Source: a virus. From it: a stretch of 64,000 nt of DNA. Under the pieces are notes generated by a model, which ran no database searches, was not told the DNA's origin, and worked only from the letters and a program-made list of their open reading frames with translations. The stretch spans positions 90,916-154,915 of the IMG/VR virus record IMGVR_UViG_3300030419_006726; one strand, written 5' to 3'. The first letter of the stretch is position 1, and every line of letters starts with the position of its first letter. Position numbers and translations under genes: made by a program. Shown piece by piece: positions 36,509 through 46,768 of the stretch.

Positions 36509-37003
36509 ATGTCAGATGATAACGAATGGAAGCAACCAGCCGCCCCTCCTCCACCACTTTTTCTTGGCGAAAAAGAAAGAGACCTTGTTAAACAGGTAAA
36601 TGATGAGTTAATTGAACGAGTTATTGGCCAACAAATTGTCTACTATCCTATTGACATAGGCAGGACGAATTTTAATGACTTATACGGAGAAGCGATTGAA
36701 AAAACATTTTTGCCCCCTGTTCGCGTGTATGCCTTGGTTGAGTTTGAGGGTATACAGACAAAGTATTCTTCAAACATTGGTTTAGATAAGGATATTTCGT
36801 TGATTGTTCATTTCCATAAGAGGCGCCTGACAGAAGACCAAGACTTATTTGTGCGCGAAGGCGATTTTGTTGTTTACGGTGATGTTTTCTATGAAATTGT
36901 TACGCTAGGGGAACCAAAACAATTGTTTGGACAAATCGACCATAGAATTGAGATTTCAGCAAAATGCATAAGAGCAAGAGAGGGCTTATTCGATGCCAGT
37001 TAG
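36509..37003 (+). CDS. Neck/head-closure protein (gp14-like)
   Basis: Position after gp13; NDLYGEA..K.F and EGDFVVYGDVFYEI. Confidence 0.65.
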   Translation: MSDDNEWKQPAAPPPPLFLGEKERDLVKQVNDELIERVIGQQIVYYPIDIGRTNFNDLYGEAIEKTFLPPVRVYALVEFEGIQTKYSSNIGLDKDISLIVHFHKRRLTEDQDLFVREGDFVVYGDVFYEIVTLGEPKQLFGQIDHRIEISAKCIRAREGLFDAS

Positions 37004-37901
37004 AAACGACGAGAATGAAGCAAATCTAAAAGAAATTACTTTTATGCCTTCGACTTTAGAAACGATCGATCGAGCATTTTTTGAGTTCATTGACGATAAA
37101 TTAAATATCTTTACTTCAACAAATAAGGGGTGGAATAAAACACCGGTGCTGTGGGTGTCTGCAGAGCGCGCTTTTCAAATAAAAAAGAATAAACAGTTAA
37201 GGGATAACAATGGCGTTTTAAAGTTGCCCATTATTACAATCGAAAAAACATCAATAACAAAAGATTCGACAATGCATGGTCGCCTAACAGCGCATATTCC
37301 CGATATTGACGATCCTCGCGGCGGAACAATTGTTATAGCAAGAAGAATTCAACAAGAAAAGACATCAAATTTCGCAGCAGCAGATTCTGCGCGTATGCGA
37401 GGTGCAAAAAACGCTGAAAGAGTTGGAAATAATCAAAATTATTATCCGAGAAAAAACAAGAAAATTGTTTATGAGAATATATCCATTCCTTTGCCTGTGT
37501 ATGTAAATGTTAATTATTCTGTAACACTTAGAGCAGAATATCAACAGCAAATAAACGAGATGCTTACACCATTTTTGACGAGAACGGGACAAATAAATAA
37601 CTTTTTCATTAACCACGACGGGCACAAGTTTGAGGGCTTCCTGCCAAAAGATTTTGCAGCCAATAATAACGTCCAAGACCTTGGTGAAGATGAAAGAATG
37701 TTTGAAACAAAAATTGATATTCGTGTCCTGGGCCATCTTATCGGTGGTGGCACCAATCAAGAGAAGCCGAAAGTGGTGATTCGTGAGAATGCGGTGCAAA
37801 TCAGATTTCCAAAAGAGCGCGTCATAGTGGGCGACGAACACCCAGATTCTTCTGATAATGTGAAGGTCGGAAGAAAAGACCGTTTTTATAAAGAGTTATA
37901 A
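36993..37901 (+). CDS. Tail terminator/sheath stabiliser (gp15-like)
   Basis: Position before the sheath gene; LPIITIEKT and PVYVNVNYSVTL..EYQQQINEM. Confidence 0.6.
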   Translation: MPVRNDENEANLKEITFMPSTLETIDRAFFEFIDDKLNIFTSTNKGWNKTPVLWVSAERAFQIKKNKQLRDNNGVLKLPIITIEKTSITKDSTMHGRLTAHIPDIDDPRGGTIVIARRIQQEKTSNFAAADSARMRGAKNAERVGNNQNYYPRKNKKIVYENISIPLPVYVNVNYSVTLRAEYQQQINEMLTPFLTRTGQINNFFINHDGHKFEGFLPKDFAANNNVQDLGEDERMFETKIDIRVLGHLIGGGTNQEKPKVVIRENAVQIRFPKERVIVGDEHPDSSDNVKVGRKDRFYKEL

Positions 37902-37931
37902 TTCTATTTTTGGTGTTTGCACAAGAAAGCA

Positions 37932-37939
37932 ACTATTTA
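37932..37939 (+). promoter_or_regulatory. Putative late promoter ACTATTTA of the tail operon
   Basis: Intergenic motif upstream of the sheath RBS. Confidence 0.65.
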
Positions 37940-37991
37940 CTATACGAAAAGGCAATAAATAAATGGCCGGAATTTAAGGAGAAGCCTGAAT

Positions 37992-40900
37992 ATGTCAGCA
38001 AAAAAGTTTAAGTTTGTATCGCCCGGGATTTTTATCGATGAAATTGATAATAGTTTTATTCCCCGAGGCCCCCAGGCAAGGGGTCCGGTGATCATCGGTA
38101 GAACCGAACGCGGCCCTGCAATGCGCCCAGTTACAGTGAGTTCGTTTTCGGAATTCATCGAAATTTTTGGAAACCCAATCCCCGGAGGTCGCGCAGGTGA
38201 TGTTTGGCGTGATGGAAACTACGTCGGACCTACATATGCTGCATATGCCGCCCAAGCTTACTTGAGAGCCGGCGTTGGTCCCGTTACGATGATTCGACTT
38301 CTTGGTCATGATCACGATAGCGAAACAACCAGCGAAGGCGATGGCGCAGCCGGCTGGAAACTTGGTTCTGGCCCAACAAACGTTAGATCAACCAACAATG
38401 GTGCTTATGGTCTGTTCCTCTGGAACTCAGGCTCTTTCCAGACTATGGATGCGATTGCGGCTGCTAAAAATGCAAGTGGTAATACGATTGCCGATGACGA
38501 TTACGAGCCCAAGCGCGCTCCGGTTTCTGGAACTCTTGCCGCAGTTTGGTATCTAACCGAAGGCAATATTGAGCTTTCTGGTGTTGCCGGCACCAGTGAC
38601 CTTGCGGTCACCGGTACGGCTTTCTTGACGCCCTCAATTGGCGCTAGCCACGAATTTAGAGCGCTAGTCAAAGATTCAAATGGCGATATTATCAAGCAGA
38701 CAACATTCAACTTTGATGATACTTCTGACAAGTATATTCGCGATGTGTTCAACACTAATCCACAATTGACCAATACACAGTTTACTCAAACCTCACAGGT
38801 CGAGAAGTATTGGCTAGGTCAATCATACGACAACTTTGTTAGATCTCACGTTTCCGGAACAGCATCCGGCAAATCAATGGCTGCTATTCTTGCAATCGAG
38901 AGCGGATCCACAGGTTGGCACGATATGAAGGGTTCTATGCAAAATGCAGAAACCGGATACTTCATCTCTCAGGATTTGAGCAGCGAGTATGCCAGCTTCA
39001 ATGCTGCCGAGATGCAAAAGCTATTCAAGTTCGTTGGGCTTGACCATGGTGCCTGGATTCAAAACAATCTTAAGATTTCTATTCAAGATATTAAGAAGTC
39101 CACTAGACCAGATTCTGATCTTTACGGAACCTTCTCGGTTGTTGTAAGAAGAATTGAAGATACTGACAACGCTCCAAGAATTGTTGAAAGATTCTCAAGT
39201 TGTACTCTAGACCCCAGTTCTCCTGATTATATTGCAAGAAAGATTGGTGATCAATATTACCAGTGGTCCGATACAGAGCGCCGTCTTAGAATTTATGGAC
39301 AGTACCCAAATCGCTCCAACTTCATTCGCGTTGTGATGAACGAAGACGTTGATGCTGGATCTACAGATCCAAGATATCTTCCATTCGGTGTACACGGACC
39401 TGTTAGATTCTCTGGCTGGACTTATATTTCCGGAGCCGCAGAGACAGTGATGTTGACTTCTGATCACGCTGACGGAACAGCACATCCTCTTGATTTTATT
39501 GGATTGCGATTCGCTAAAGGACATCCGGACATTCCTGCTTCTTATCATTTAATGGCAGATAATAGCAGCGACGACGGCGGCGGGCATGGAGCCACAGTAC
39601 CATTCTTGTTCACAGGACCACAGGCCGCCGGTCAATTCGGCTCCGAAGATCCTACAGAAACAACATGGACGGGTTCTGTCGAGTATCCAAGAGTCCCACT
39701 AAGACTCTCTGCATCCGATGGCGCTATGTCCGATCCAACCAATGCCTACTTTGGCTTCCAAACAACAAGAGAAGCGTCAAGCACAAGATACGATAGAAGC
39801 ATTCCTGACGTATTGCGTCCAATGCCGATGGGTATTAGCTCATTCGTGCCAGTCAGTAGCGATATTGATTCATCGACTGAATATTCGTACATCTTTACTC
39901 TAGACGATATCATTACCGATACGGACAAAACTCAAGTAGCTGTTTGGGTGTCCGGATCAAGAGTGGCAGGTAACTCTGCAACTACTGGTGGATATGCAAG
40001 AATCTTGACGCATGGATATGACAGATTTACATCACCATTCTTCGGTGGCTTCGATGGCCTCGACATTACAGAGATGGAGCCATTTAGAAATACACGTCTA
40101 GACGATGGTGCCGCTAATAACGAGTTGGATAACTATGCTTTTAACACTGTTAAGCGCGCTATTGATTCTTGTGCAGATCCAGAGTTTGTTGAGTACAACT
40201 TAATGGTTGCCCCTGGAATCACAAACGAGAAACTAACACAACACATGACTAATGTTTGTGAGGATCGCGGCGATGCATTGGCAATTATTGATCCAAAGGG
40301 TGGATATGTCGCGGTAGCCGAAAATACAGACGGCGAAGTCAGTCGTAGGGGTAGTGTTACCGATGTTGTTAACAACATGAGGGACAGAGGACTCAATAGC
40401 AGTTACGCATGTGCATACTATCCTTGGGTAAGAATTCAAGACACCATCAACGCACAGACTCTTTGGATGCCTCCCTCCGTGGTTGCGCTCGGTACATTCG
40501 CCAGTTCACAGCGTAAGTCAGAGCTTTGGTTCGCCCCCGCAGGCTTTAACCGCGGCGGCTTGACAGAAGGCTCGGCAGGACTACCAGTTGTTGGCGTAAG
40601 AGAGCGTCTTACATCTTCCGACCGTGACGAATTGTACGCACAAAACATTAATCCGATTGCTAGCTTCCCATCAGAGGGGATCGTAATTTTCGGACAGAAG
40701 ACTTTACAGATGCAAAGATCTTCACTAGATAGAATTAATGTCCGTCGATTGATGATCTTCCTCAAGAAAGAGGTTTCCAGATTGGCGACAAGAGTACTCT
40801 TTGACCAAAACGTTGAAGCAACTTGGAACCGATTTAAGGCACTGGTTGATCCTTTCCTTGCAAGTGTAAGAGCACGATTTGGTATCACGGAATACAGATT

Positions 40901-41045
40901 GGTTCTTGACGAGAGCACAACAACTCCTGACTTGATTGATCAGAATGTGCTTTACGCAAAGATTCTCTTGAAACCAGCAAGAGCAATCGAATTTATCGCC
41001 ATCGACTTTGTGATTGCAAATACAGGCGCTTCGTTTGACGATTAA
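37992..41045 (+). CDS. Contractile tail sheath protein (gp18-like)
   Basis: FVSPGIFIDEID, YYPWV, WFAPAGFNRG, INPIASF, GQKTL and DRINVRRL motifs. Confidence 0.95.
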   Translation: MSAKKFKFVSPGIFIDEIDNSFIPRGPQARGPVIIGRTERGPAMRPVTVSSFSEFIEIFGNPIPGGRAGDVWRDGNYVGPTYAAYAAQAYLRAGVGPVTMIRLLGHDHDSETTSEGDGAAGWKLGSGPTNVRSTNNGAYGLFLWNSGSFQTMDAIAAAKNASGNTIADDDYEPKRAPVSGTLAAVWYLTEGNIELSGVAGTSDLAVTGTAFLTPSIGASHEFRALVKDSNGDIIKQTTFNFDDTSDKYIRDVFNTNPQLTNTQFTQTSQVEKYWLGQSYDNFVRSHVSGTASGKSMAAILAIESGSTGWHDMKGSMQNAETGYFISQDLSSEYASFNAAEMQKLFKFVGLDHGAWIQNNLKISIQDIKKSTRPDSDLYGTFSVVVRRIEDTDNAPRIVERFSSCTLDPSSPDYIARKIGDQYYQWSDTERRLRIYGQYPNRSNFIRVVMNEDVDAGSTDPRYLPFGVHGPVRFSGWTYISGAAETVMLTSDHADGTAHPLDFIGLRFAKGHPDIPASYHLMADNSSDDGGGHGATVPFLFTGPQAAGQFGSEDPTETTWTGSVEYPRVPLRLSASDGAMSDPTNAYFGFQTTREASSTRYDRSIPDVLRPMPMGISSFVPVSSDIDSSTEYSYIFTLDDIITDTDKTQVAVWVSGSRVAGNSATTGGYARILTHGYDRFTSPFFGGFDGLDITEMEPFRNTRLDDGAANNELDNYAFNTVKRAIDSCADPEFVEYNLMVAPGITNEKLTQHMTNVCEDRGDALAIIDPKGGYVAVAENTDGEVSRRGSVTDVVNNMRDRGLNSSYACAYYPWVRIQDTINAQTLWMPPSVVALGTFASSQRKSELWFAPAGFNRGGLTEGSAGLPVVGVRERLTSSDRDELYAQNINPIASFPSEGIVIFGQKTLQMQRSSLDRINVRRLMIFLKKEVSRLATRVLFDQNVEATWNRFKALVDPFLASVRARFGITEYRLVLDESTTTPDLIDQNVLYAKILLKPARAIEFIAIDFVIANTGASFDD

Positions 41046-41086
41046 TACAATTGACGACTATATACTATTGAAGGAGAATTAGTTAA

Positions 41087-41653
41087 ATGGCATTTTGGAC
41101 AGAAGTCACTGCAGACACCAAAGACCCAAAAAGACAGTTTAGATTTACTTTACAAATCACCGGTTTTGGTACCGGACTTATTTGGTTTGCTAAGAAAGTC
41201 AATAAACCATCTTTTACAATATCAGAAACACCACACAAATATTTAAATCACACTTTTTACTATCCCGGTAAGCTTGAGTGGAATACAATTACGGCTACTT
41301 TGGTGGATCCAGTGGATCCAGATGTTGCAGCAACTGTTTCAGACCTTGTGCGGATGGCTGGTTACAGCCCTCCTGGCACACCAGACGAAACAAGCACCAT
41401 GTCCAAGGGCAAATCAGTCGGCAGCTTGCAGGATGTTATCATTACGCAAATTGATGGCGATGGAGCGTTTGTTGAAAAGTGGACACTAAAGAACGCATGG
41501 GTTAAAGACATCAAATATGGTGATCTTGATTATGATGGTGATGACATGACCCTGGTTGACATCGAATTGCGCTACGATTGGGCAGTTTGTGAAACATCGA
41601 TCGGCAGTTCAGTAAGCGCGAACACTAAATTCTTCAGCCTTGACGGCGCATAA
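41087..41653 (+). CDS. Tail tube protein (gp19-like)
   Basis: DPKRQFRF, YPGKLEWNTI and EKWTLKNAW...GDLDY..IELRYDWA; follows the sheath gene. Confidence 0.88.
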   Translation: MAFWTEVTADTKDPKRQFRFTLQITGFGTGLIWFAKKVNKPSFTISETPHKYLNHTFYYPGKLEWNTITATLVDPVDPDVAATVSDLVRMAGYSPPGTPDETSTMSKGKSVGSLQDVIITQIDGDGAFVEKWTLKNAWVKDIKYGDLDYDGDDMTLVDIELRYDWAVCETSIGSSVSANTKFFSLDGA

Positions 41654-41683
41654 TAATACTTAAAATAAAATGAGAGGTGAAAT

Positions 41684-42565
41684 TTGGCTAGAAACGACTC
41701 TAGACGCCTAGGCGCTAGGAGCGGTGGAGATAAATCTTCCACGCCACCTGTTATGAACGTAGATAAGGGAGCGGATAATGATTCTTCACCGCTTTCTTTT
41801 GTCGTTCCTACAGAATTTGTAGACTTGCCATCGAAAGGCAAGTTTTATCCACAAAATCATCCTTTGCATATGGTTGATACAGCCGAGATCCGGCATATGA
41901 CTGCAAAGGATGAGGATATTTTAACTTCAAGAACACTGTTAAAAAAAGGTATCGCTTTAGATCGTTTTTTGAGCAATATTCTTGTTGATAAGAGAATCGA
42001 TATAACAAAATTGTTGGTGTGCGACAAGAACGCGATGATTGTTGCAGCAAGAATTTCCGGATATGGTGCAGACTACAACACAAGAGTGGTGTGCCCTGCC
42101 TGTCTTGCGCAAGTGGAGCATGATTTTGACTTAAACAACGCAGCAATTGTTACCACGGACGATATTGATTACGAGGCACACAATGTTACATGCACAGAAA
42201 ACGGGACTTTTTTGCTTCATTTGGAAAAAATGAATGTTGAGCTTGAAGTGCGACTTATGTATGGCGCCGATGAAAAGGAGCTAGCTAGATTAACAGAGCA
42301 AAACAAGAAAAATAAACGTGCGAATTCTCTGTTAACAGATCAGCTTAAAAGATTTATTGTTTCGGTTAATGGTGATTCTGAAAGAAGAACAATCAATTAT
42401 GTTGTCGACAATATGCCAGCCATCGACGCCAGATATTTGAGAAAAATCTATCAGGCTATTACTCCAACTGTTGATTTATCACAGGATTTTGAATGTAGCG
42501 AATGCGGCCATGAGCAGCAAATGGAGGTTCCGTTTACAGCGGACTTTTTTTGGCCTGACCGGTGA
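41684..42565 (+). CDS. Baseplate hub assembly / tail chaperone (gp26-like)
   Basis: VDLPSKGKFYP, IRHMTAKDEDIL, ARISGYG..Y..CPAC, CSEC and a terminal FFWP. Confidence 0.75.
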   Translation: MARNDSRRLGARSGGDKSSTPPVMNVDKGADNDSSPLSFVVPTEFVDLPSKGKFYPQNHPLHMVDTAEIRHMTAKDEDILTSRTLLKKGIALDRFLSNILVDKRIDITKLLVCDKNAMIVAARISGYGADYNTRVVCPACLAQVEHDFDLNNAAIVTTDDIDYEAHNVTCTENGTFLLHLEKMNVELEVRLMYGADEKELARLTEQNKKNKRANSLLTDQLKRFIVSVNGDSERRTINYVVDNMPAIDARYLRKIYQAITPTVDLSQDFECSECGHEQQMEVPFTADFFWPDR

Positions 42566-42569
42566 GTAC

Positions 42570-42812
42570 ATGGAGCAAGTGTATGAGCAGTTTTTCTATC
42601 TGCAATATACCGGTGGCTGGAGCTTTATTGAGGCATACAATTTGCCCGTTGGATTGCGAACATGGTTTGTTAAGAGACTGGCAAAGCAGATAGAGACCGA
42701 AAATAAGGCTGTTGAAGATGCGTCTTCTGGAAATAAAAATAGCAAGACATATACTGTCGACCAATTATCGCAATTTCCCGGCCTTGGCGATGGCCTAAGC
42801 CGAAAGTCGTAG
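42570..42812 (+). CDS. Small tail chaperone-associated ORF, probably reached by frameshift from 41684
   Basis: GGWSFIEAYNLPVGLRTWF resembles gpT-like chaperone extensions; the frame is open back through the T7 run at 42545-42551. Confidence 0.6.
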   Translation: MEQVYEQFFYLQYTGGWSFIEAYNLPVGLRTWFVKRLAKQIETENKAVEDASSGNKNSKTYTVDQLSQFPGLGDGLSRKS

Positions 42813-42835
42813 CTGACTTTCGGTTATTTTTATTT
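42798..42835 (+). terminator. Rho-independent terminator
   Basis: GCCGAAAGTC-GTAGCT-GACTTTCGGT followed by TATTTTTATTT. Confidence 0.8.
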
Positions 42836-42869
42836 ATGAAAACTAATTATTTTTGTCGAGGGCTTTTTT

Positions 42870-43220
42870 ATGCAAAAACAAGATATCAATGAGGACAAAA
42901 TCACCGAGTATGTGATTGATTTTGCCGAATTAAGAGAGAACAAATTAGACGAGAGTTTTTTAGCTGCTTTTGGGAACATCACCAAAATGATTTTGGGAAG
43001 AATGTTCGGAACCTCCGACTTGTATTTGCCAGTATCCGTGCGTGGTACCAGTAGTGAAGTTAAAGCTTTTGCGGGGGCTCTGGGTAGCGAAAAGAGGTAT
43101 CTAGATGCTTATAAAAAGCACGGCCTAAACGATCCTAGAACACACAGAAGCAAAAGTATGCTAAAGAGAGCAGTCGACAAATTCACCAGAGCCACTGGTT
43201 TAAAGTGGCCGTTTAAGTAG
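42870..43220 (+). CDS. Hypothetical protein upstream of the tape measure gene
   Basis: ACTAATTA at 42842-42849; ends FTRATGLKWPFK. Confidence 0.62.
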   Translation: MQKQDINEDKITEYVIDFAELRENKLDESFLAAFGNITKMILGRMFGTSDLYLPVSVRGTSSEVKAFAGALGSEKRYLDAYKKHGLNDPRTHRSKSMLKRAVDKFTRATGLKWPFK

Positions 43221-43231
43221 GGGGCTGGTAA

Positions 43232-45694
43232 GTGGCTATTTTTTTCGATCCTGACGACCCAGCCGCCACCGGAGCTGCCGCGGACAATGCCGAGAGGCTG
43301 CGACGAGCGCTCGAAGCCGCGGGCCCATCGCTAAAGGACATTGCTGAGAAAACAGCGAAGCTCATGGAGAACTATGATAAGCTTAGCGATGCTCAAAAAG
43401 CCAACGCCGATGTTGTTAATAGGCTTTTTGAACAAAAGAAAGAGTTGATCCGTGCGCTTGAAAGGGAAATTGCAAAAGGAGGCGAAGTAACAGAGGCTCA
43501 TGCGAAGCTGGCAAAACAACTAGGAATCAATATCGACGCCGGCGAGAACTACTTGGAGGTCTTGGGCCAATTAAAGGATGCGACCGAAGATCTTACCGAC
43601 GCCCAGGCCGCAGCAAACGAACAATTTGAAGATGGGCTCGACAAAATGATGGGCCTCTTGGGATTTGGAAAGAGGCAGATCGAGCAGCAGAAGAAAATTG
43701 CCAAAGTTATGAAAGTGACTGCAATGCGCATTAAGCAAATGGGTCTCGCCGCGTTTCTAGCATCTAAGGGAAAGCAGATTTTAGCAGGTATTACGGGAAA
43801 GCTACAAGAAGGTTTTATGGTTTTGTTTGTTAGTATGTTTAAGGTTGCTTTGGCCCTGGACAAAGTTACTTCTGAATTTAAAAAGCAAACTGGCATAATG
43901 GATGGCGAATACACAGACGCAATTGTCGACACGTATACCGAACTTCGACAATATGGTGTCACTGCGGAAAATGCCGGCAAATCTCAAGGCGCCTTGGTGC
44001 AGGGATTTACAAACTACACCATGCTTTCAAAAAACGAGCGATCCACAATATTGAGAACAACTGCAGTTTTAGAGGCGCAAGGCATTGCCGCAGAAACAAC
44101 AGCAGCATCTTTTCAAGTTGCAACAAAGATTCTAGGAGAAACTGGGGACCAAGCAGACGAGACAGTTAGGCAAATTAGCGCTGTTGCAAGAGAGTTGGGA
44201 ATTGCCCCGGCACAGCTTCAAAAAGATTTTGCAGCAGCTTCTGGACAAATTGCAAAATTAGGCGCCGCAGGCGAAAAAGCCTTTTTTGATATGGCTGAAA
44301 TTGCAAAAGAAACAGGATTAGAAGTTCAGAGACTTTACGATATTGTTTCGCAGTTTGATACTTTTGAGGGTGCTGCCCAAGCTGCTGGTAGATTGAATGC
44401 AATGTTGGGTGGGCCGTTCTTGGGTACCATGGAAATGATCGCAGAGACAGATCCGGCGAAAAGATTTGATATGATCCGCGGCGCCCTTGACGATGCTGGA
44501 AAATCTTTTGATTCTATGGGCTACTACGAAAAGCAAGCGATTGCAAATGCTATGGGCCTTAAGGACGTTAGCGAGTTGGCGCTTGTTATGAGCGATAGAA
44601 CCGATCTTTTGGCGGGCGCCAGCGAAAAGTCTGCAGAGGAAATTGAAAAAGAAGCAGAACGTGCCGCACAAATGCAAGACGTTATGACACAGCTAAAAGA
44701 TATTTTCTTATCTCTGGCTCCAGTAATTTTTGCAATACTAGAGCCTCTCAAGGGCTTGGCTGAACTATTAAGGGAAAATCCAAAACTTGCAAAAGCTGTA
44801 GGATATGCGCTTATGGCGTTTTTGGGTTACAAAATGTTCGCCGGCCCGATCAAGGGGATTGGCGGATTGGTCAAGGGGCTCGTAGGCGCCAAAAAAGCCT
44901 CCGAGGGCATGGGCGGCGCCCTGAAAGGTGGCATGGGCGGCCTTAAAAGCATGAAATTCCTTTTGTATATTGCCGCTTTTACAGGATTGCTGCTGGCCAT
45001 TGGGGCTATTATGGATCCGGCCCAAGGCGGCGGCGCCGGCGCGCTGCTTGACGTAGCCCTGGGCGTTTCGGTATTGTTGGGCTCCATGCTGGCCTTCTCC
45101 GCATTTTTGCAAAATCCCGTATTACTAGCAGCTTTTAAAGCGCTAACTGTCGCCATCATCGGGATGTCATTAGGTTTTGCGGCATTGGCCGGGGCCATAT
45201 CGTTATTGCCAGAGGGCGTATTAAATAAAATATTCGGAGTCGAAGAACCCCCACAAATGCCAGAGATGGAAGGGGATTTTGATGTAGCCAGTTTGACTCA
45301 ACTTGAAGCGCTCAATTGGGATAGCATATCTGAGGGTCTAGAATTGTTGATAGATCCCATGAATAATTTAGCAGACGCATCGCAAAAGCTAAACACCAAG
45401 GGACTAGAGGCATTGGCAGATCTTCCTAGAAGCATGCAGCTTCTCGACGGCGAGAAGACAAATCAGATGATTGCGATTCTTCAAGCCGGCGCCGAACTTA
45501 ACCAACCAGCTCCAGATACGCTTCTTTCAACATTAAATGAACTGATTGCTGCTGTAACAGATTCCGGCGCTGGAATTCAAGGCGCAATTGCGAGTCAAAA
45601 AGATAAAAAACTTCCTGAACTTGTAGTTAGAACAGACGCCAGAGAATTCTCGAATATGATCAAAGATACTGTTTGGGACACGATGATGGGGTGA
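43232..45694 (+). CDS. Tape measure protein
   Basis: Ala/Gln-rich helical protein with FDTFEGAAQAAGRLNAMLG and C-terminal TM segments; position after tube and chaperone. Confidence 0.8.
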   Translation: MAIFFDPDDPAATGAAADNAERLRRALEAAGPSLKDIAEKTAKLMENYDKLSDAQKANADVVNRLFEQKKELIRALEREIAKGGEVTEAHAKLAKQLGINIDAGENYLEVLGQLKDATEDLTDAQAAANEQFEDGLDKMMGLLGFGKRQIEQQKKIAKVMKVTAMRIKQMGLAAFLASKGKQILAGITGKLQEGFMVLFVSMFKVALALDKVTSEFKKQTGIMDGEYTDAIVDTYTELRQYGVTAENAGKSQGALVQGFTNYTMLSKNERSTILRTTAVLEAQGIAAETTAASFQVATKILGETGDQADETVRQISAVARELGIAPAQLQKDFAAASGQIAKLGAAGEKAFFDMAEIAKETGLEVQRLYDIVSQFDTFEGAAQAAGRLNAMLGGPFLGTMEMIAETDPAKRFDMIRGALDDAGKSFDSMGYYEKQAIANAMGLKDVSELALVMSDRTDLLAGASEKSAEEIEKEAERAAQMQDVMTQLKDIFLSLAPVIFAILEPLKGLAELLRENPKLAKAVGYALMAFLGYKMFAGPIKGIGGLVKGLVGAKKASEGMGGALKGGMGGLKSMKFLLYIAAFTGLLLAIGAIMDPAQGGGAGALLDVALGVSVLLGSMLAFSAFLQNPVLLAAFKALTVAIIGMSLGFAALAGAISLLPEGVLNKIFGVEEPPQMPEMEGDFDVASLTQLEALNWDSISEGLELLIDPMNNLADASQKLNTKGLEALADLPRSMQLLDGEKTNQMIAILQAGAELNQPAPDTLLSTLNELIAAVTDSGAGIQGAIASQKDKKLPELVVRTDAREFSNMIKDTVWDTMMG

Positions 45695-45707
45695 TGGAGA
45701 ACTTTAA

Positions 45708-46760
45708 ATGAGTGACGATCTACTTTTTAATCAAGATTTATATACTTACAACGACGAAATTTTAGGAGATGTCGTCGTCGGAGATCGCCAAGGTGCAGAA
45801 GCAATGGGTGCCCTGCACACTAATGCCGCGGCCTACGCAGATCCAAGTGATGCATATGCAAACGCTCGACAAATAGTCATTAGTTTTTATTCTATGATTG
45901 GTGGGGATAATATTGGTAGTTTGAATTTTAAAGCATTTGTTACTAGTATCGCTGATAACTTTACCTGCGACTGGAACGAGCAGCAGGTATTTGGTAGAAA
46001 CGATCCAATATATAATTTTAAACATACGAAGAGAAACATCTCTTTGGCATTTCAAGTTGTGGCCGCGTCAAGATATGAGGCAGTTGCCAACATGGAAAGA
46101 CTACAAACTTTGATTAAAATGTTGTATCCTGCTTATAAAGACCCCTATGATGTTGTATCAAGTTTGACGAAATCTCCATTAATAAAATTAAAATTTGCTA
46201 ATTTAATTGCTGACCATTCAGATCCCGGCGGTGGTGCGTTTAGCACCGTAAGAGGCGGATCCGCCAACGCTAGAGAGGGCGGTTTGGTTGGTGTGATTAA
46301 ATCTTTAAATATTACCCCCAATTTTGAATCCGGCGTATATGATGGCCCGGGCCCAGCCACCATCTATCCAAAATTAATTGAAGTCTCTTTGGAATTTGGA
46401 GTTATCCATCAAGCTACGTTGGGATTTGATTCTGATTCAAACAGATGGCTAAGCTCTGAACAGGGCCATAGCGACTTTCCATATGGCGTTGATGTTAATA
46501 ATTATCAAGAATCTATCGACGGCACTACCAGGGACTTATTTGATCGCATTATGCTTGAAGAGGCTAGCGAGGTTGCGGATGCCGAGGTTGCCGCGGCCTT
46601 AGAAGCTGTGGAAGAAGCCGCGGCAGCATTAGCTGAAATCGGTGTTGCAGCTTCGTCTGACGAAAGCACCGAAGCCGATGTCGCAGAGGAGGCGGCAGTC
46701 TCTGCGGAAGCTGCCGCAGCGTTGATGGATTTAGCTAGCGCTGGCATTGGAGTCCTTTAG
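45708..46760 (+). CDS. Baseplate / tail-tube initiator protein
   Basis: FKAFVTSIADNF..W..QVFGRNDPIYNFKHTKRNISLAF...LYPAY...PLIKLKF; followed by a LysM-like gene. Confidence 0.6.
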   Translation: MSDDLLFNQDLYTYNDEILGDVVVGDRQGAEAMGALHTNAAAYADPSDAYANARQIVISFYSMIGGDNIGSLNFKAFVTSIADNFTCDWNEQQVFGRNDPIYNFKHTKRNISLAFQVVAASRYEAVANMERLQTLIKMLYPAYKDPYDVVSSLTKSPLIKLKFANLIADHSDPGGGAFSTVRGGSANAREGGLVGVIKSLNITPNFESGVYDGPGPATIYPKLIEVSLEFGVIHQATLGFDSDSNRWLSSEQGHSDFPYGVDVNNYQESIDGTTRDLFDRIMLEEASEVADAEVAAALEAVEEAAAALAEIGVAASSDESTEADVAEEAAVSAEAAAALMDLASAGIGVL

Positions 46761-46768
46761 GATTTATT

